A stretch of 64,000 nt of DNA from Patescibacteria group bacterium. GTDB lineage: Bacteria > Patescibacteriota > Minisyncoccia > Phycocordibacterales > PALSA-1337. Location: assembly GCA_038061795.1 (NCBI GenBank), contig JBBTYL010000003.1, forward strand, positions 64,041 to 128,040. Direction: 5' to 3'. Shown one piece after another: positions 63,002 through 64,000 of this stretch. Every line of letters starts with the position of its first letter. The first letter of the stretch is position 1. Under the pieces are notes generated by a model, which worked only from the letters and a program-made list of their open reading frames with translations, searched no databases and was not told the DNA's origin. The position numbers and the translations under genes were made by a program.

Positions 63002-64000
63002 CTATTCGATACCGTTGTACACCTGTACAGACGGGACGAATTTGGAGTCAACGGGTGCCGAGAACGACGCAAGTGACGTGACCGGCACCTGCACAGCTCG
63101 ATAGAAACAATGGGCAGTGAAGTTCGTATCCGTGAAGTATCCTTCGGGAGACGGAGCACTAATCGTTTCCCAAGCATTCGTTGAATTGAGGTGTTCCTTG
63201 CGTTGCAGCTGGTATGAAATACCGCTGAGACGGCGCTGACCTTCGATATCCACGATCGCCATGCCCAATGCGACACTTGCCTGAACTTCAGGCCGGCAAT
63301 GCGGGTGCGTAGTGATGTTGTTCGTGTTCGCTGCAACGATGTTACCACTGCCATCCTTGGCGTAAACCGCGAAGGAATTCGTGAAGTACAGCAAGCGATT
63401 CTTGATGTAGTTCAAGTTGTTCCCAACAACAGTCATGTCCGACACCTGGAAGCCGACGCGAACCGAAGCGATGACACGATTGACTGGATGACCAGCAATC
63501 GTTTCACCGCTCCTGTAGGTCGTGATTACGACACCGTTCGTTCCAACAACTTGACCACGGAGCGTTTCTGAGAAAAACAGTGCGTTGTTAGGCGCCGCTG
63601 TATTCGTGCCAGTATTTCCAGAGTACGCGAGTACCCTGGAAAGGTCGGAGGAGTCAGAAGCGAAGTAAAGGTCCGAAGCCAAGAAGGGCGTCGTAAGATC
63701 TTCCGCAACATAAATCCAACAGAACCGCGTTCCGCCCTGGTTGGTGAAAACCCCAGTAGGAGCCGCACTGTCGTAGAGCTTGAATGCAGGCAGCGTGGTG
63801 TAGTTCAGTTCGGAAGCACGCAAAACGCCTGGGGAGTACACCGTCGTAGGACTGGTAGGCCGCGTACTGACGTCAATGTATCCGCCGGTGCCGGTGATCA
63901 GGTTTTCAGTATAGTCGTACATGTTCTGCAAGCACTGACTGTTGTCAGGGCTCACCGCAGCGGTCACAATATGGAACCGCGAATACAACTTGATCGTTGC
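63002..64000 (-). CDS. GC-rich hypothetical protein, 5' end probably beyond the window edge
   Basis: The reading frame stays open to position 64000, and the track start is a TTG. No family recognised. Confidence 0.5.
   Translation of the reverse strand, partial: ATIKLYSRFHIVTAAVSPDNSQCLQNMYDYTENLITGTGGYIDVSTRPTSPTTVYSPGVLRASELNYTTLPAFKLYDSAAPTGVFTNQGGTRFCWIYVAEDLTTPFLASDLYFASDSSDLSRVLAYSGNTGTNTAAPNNALFFSETLRGQVVGTNGVVITTYRSGETIAGHPVNRVIASVRVGFQVSDMTVVGNNLNYIKNRLLYFTNSFAVYAKDGSGNIVAANTNNITTHPHCRPEVQASVALGMAIVDIEGQRRLSGISYQLQRKEHLNSTNAWETISAPSPEGYFTDTNFTAHCFYRAVQVPVTSLASFSAPVDSKFVPSVQVYNGIE

Noticed and set aside
1-64000. CRISPR arrays, rRNA genes, integrases/transposases, reverse transcriptase/DGR components
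   Set aside because: I found no regularly spaced direct repeats, no rRNA-like segments and no ORF with recombinase or RT motifs, so none is reported.

Overview
The window reads as a chromosomal segment of a small-genome, Patescibacteria/CPR-like (Parcubacteria-type) bacterium; this assignment is inference from gene content. Genes are tightly packed and mostly housekeeping: dnaX, dus, serS, dprA, topA, parB, miaA, alr, clpB, a NifS-like desulfurase, infB-rbfA, gyrA, rpsA, pth, lepB, rpsU-ybeY-ftsA-ftsZ, trxB, mscL and tsaD. Several are short forms, including a 340-aa DnaX and a 504-aa IF-2. I folded nine tRNA genes by hand and found an rpmG gene that is too short for the ORF track. Accessory blocks with different base composition interrupt this backbone. 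The GC-richer blocks encode orphan secreted or membrane proteins. The AT-richer blocks hold PIN and NYN nucleases, two HTH+LAGLIDADG-like ORFs and other orphans. The strongest candidate for something new is at 33.9-34.1 kb. It is a stand-alone unit (consensus promoter, about 135 nt of RNA, strong terminator) whose RNA folds as a type III hammerhead-like ribozyme. It has a GUC cleavage triplet, a CGAAAC strand and three supported helices, but its core strand is 8 nt (CUGAAUGA) instead of the canonical 7 nt (CUGANGA). Other notable items: (1) two paralogous HTH+LAGLIDADG-like genes, each abutting or overlapping the 5' end of a co-oriented tRNA; (2) a seven-gene operon of a methyltransferase, a solute-binding-like protein and five tandem VirB2/TrbC-like pilin paralogs, with no secretion ATPase in view and a 3x24-bp repeat at one stop codon; (3) two NYN-nuclease paralogs sharing a covarying 3' hairpin element with a conserved convergent promoter-like motif; (4) tRNA-Leu(CAA) ending 1 nt before the miaA start codon; (5) a structured GC-rich spacer inside a tRNA cluster; (6) a HisRS-like protein with degenerate catalytic motifs. 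All calls come from reading the sequence and the ORF translations. No database search was run, so family names are recognition-level assignments.
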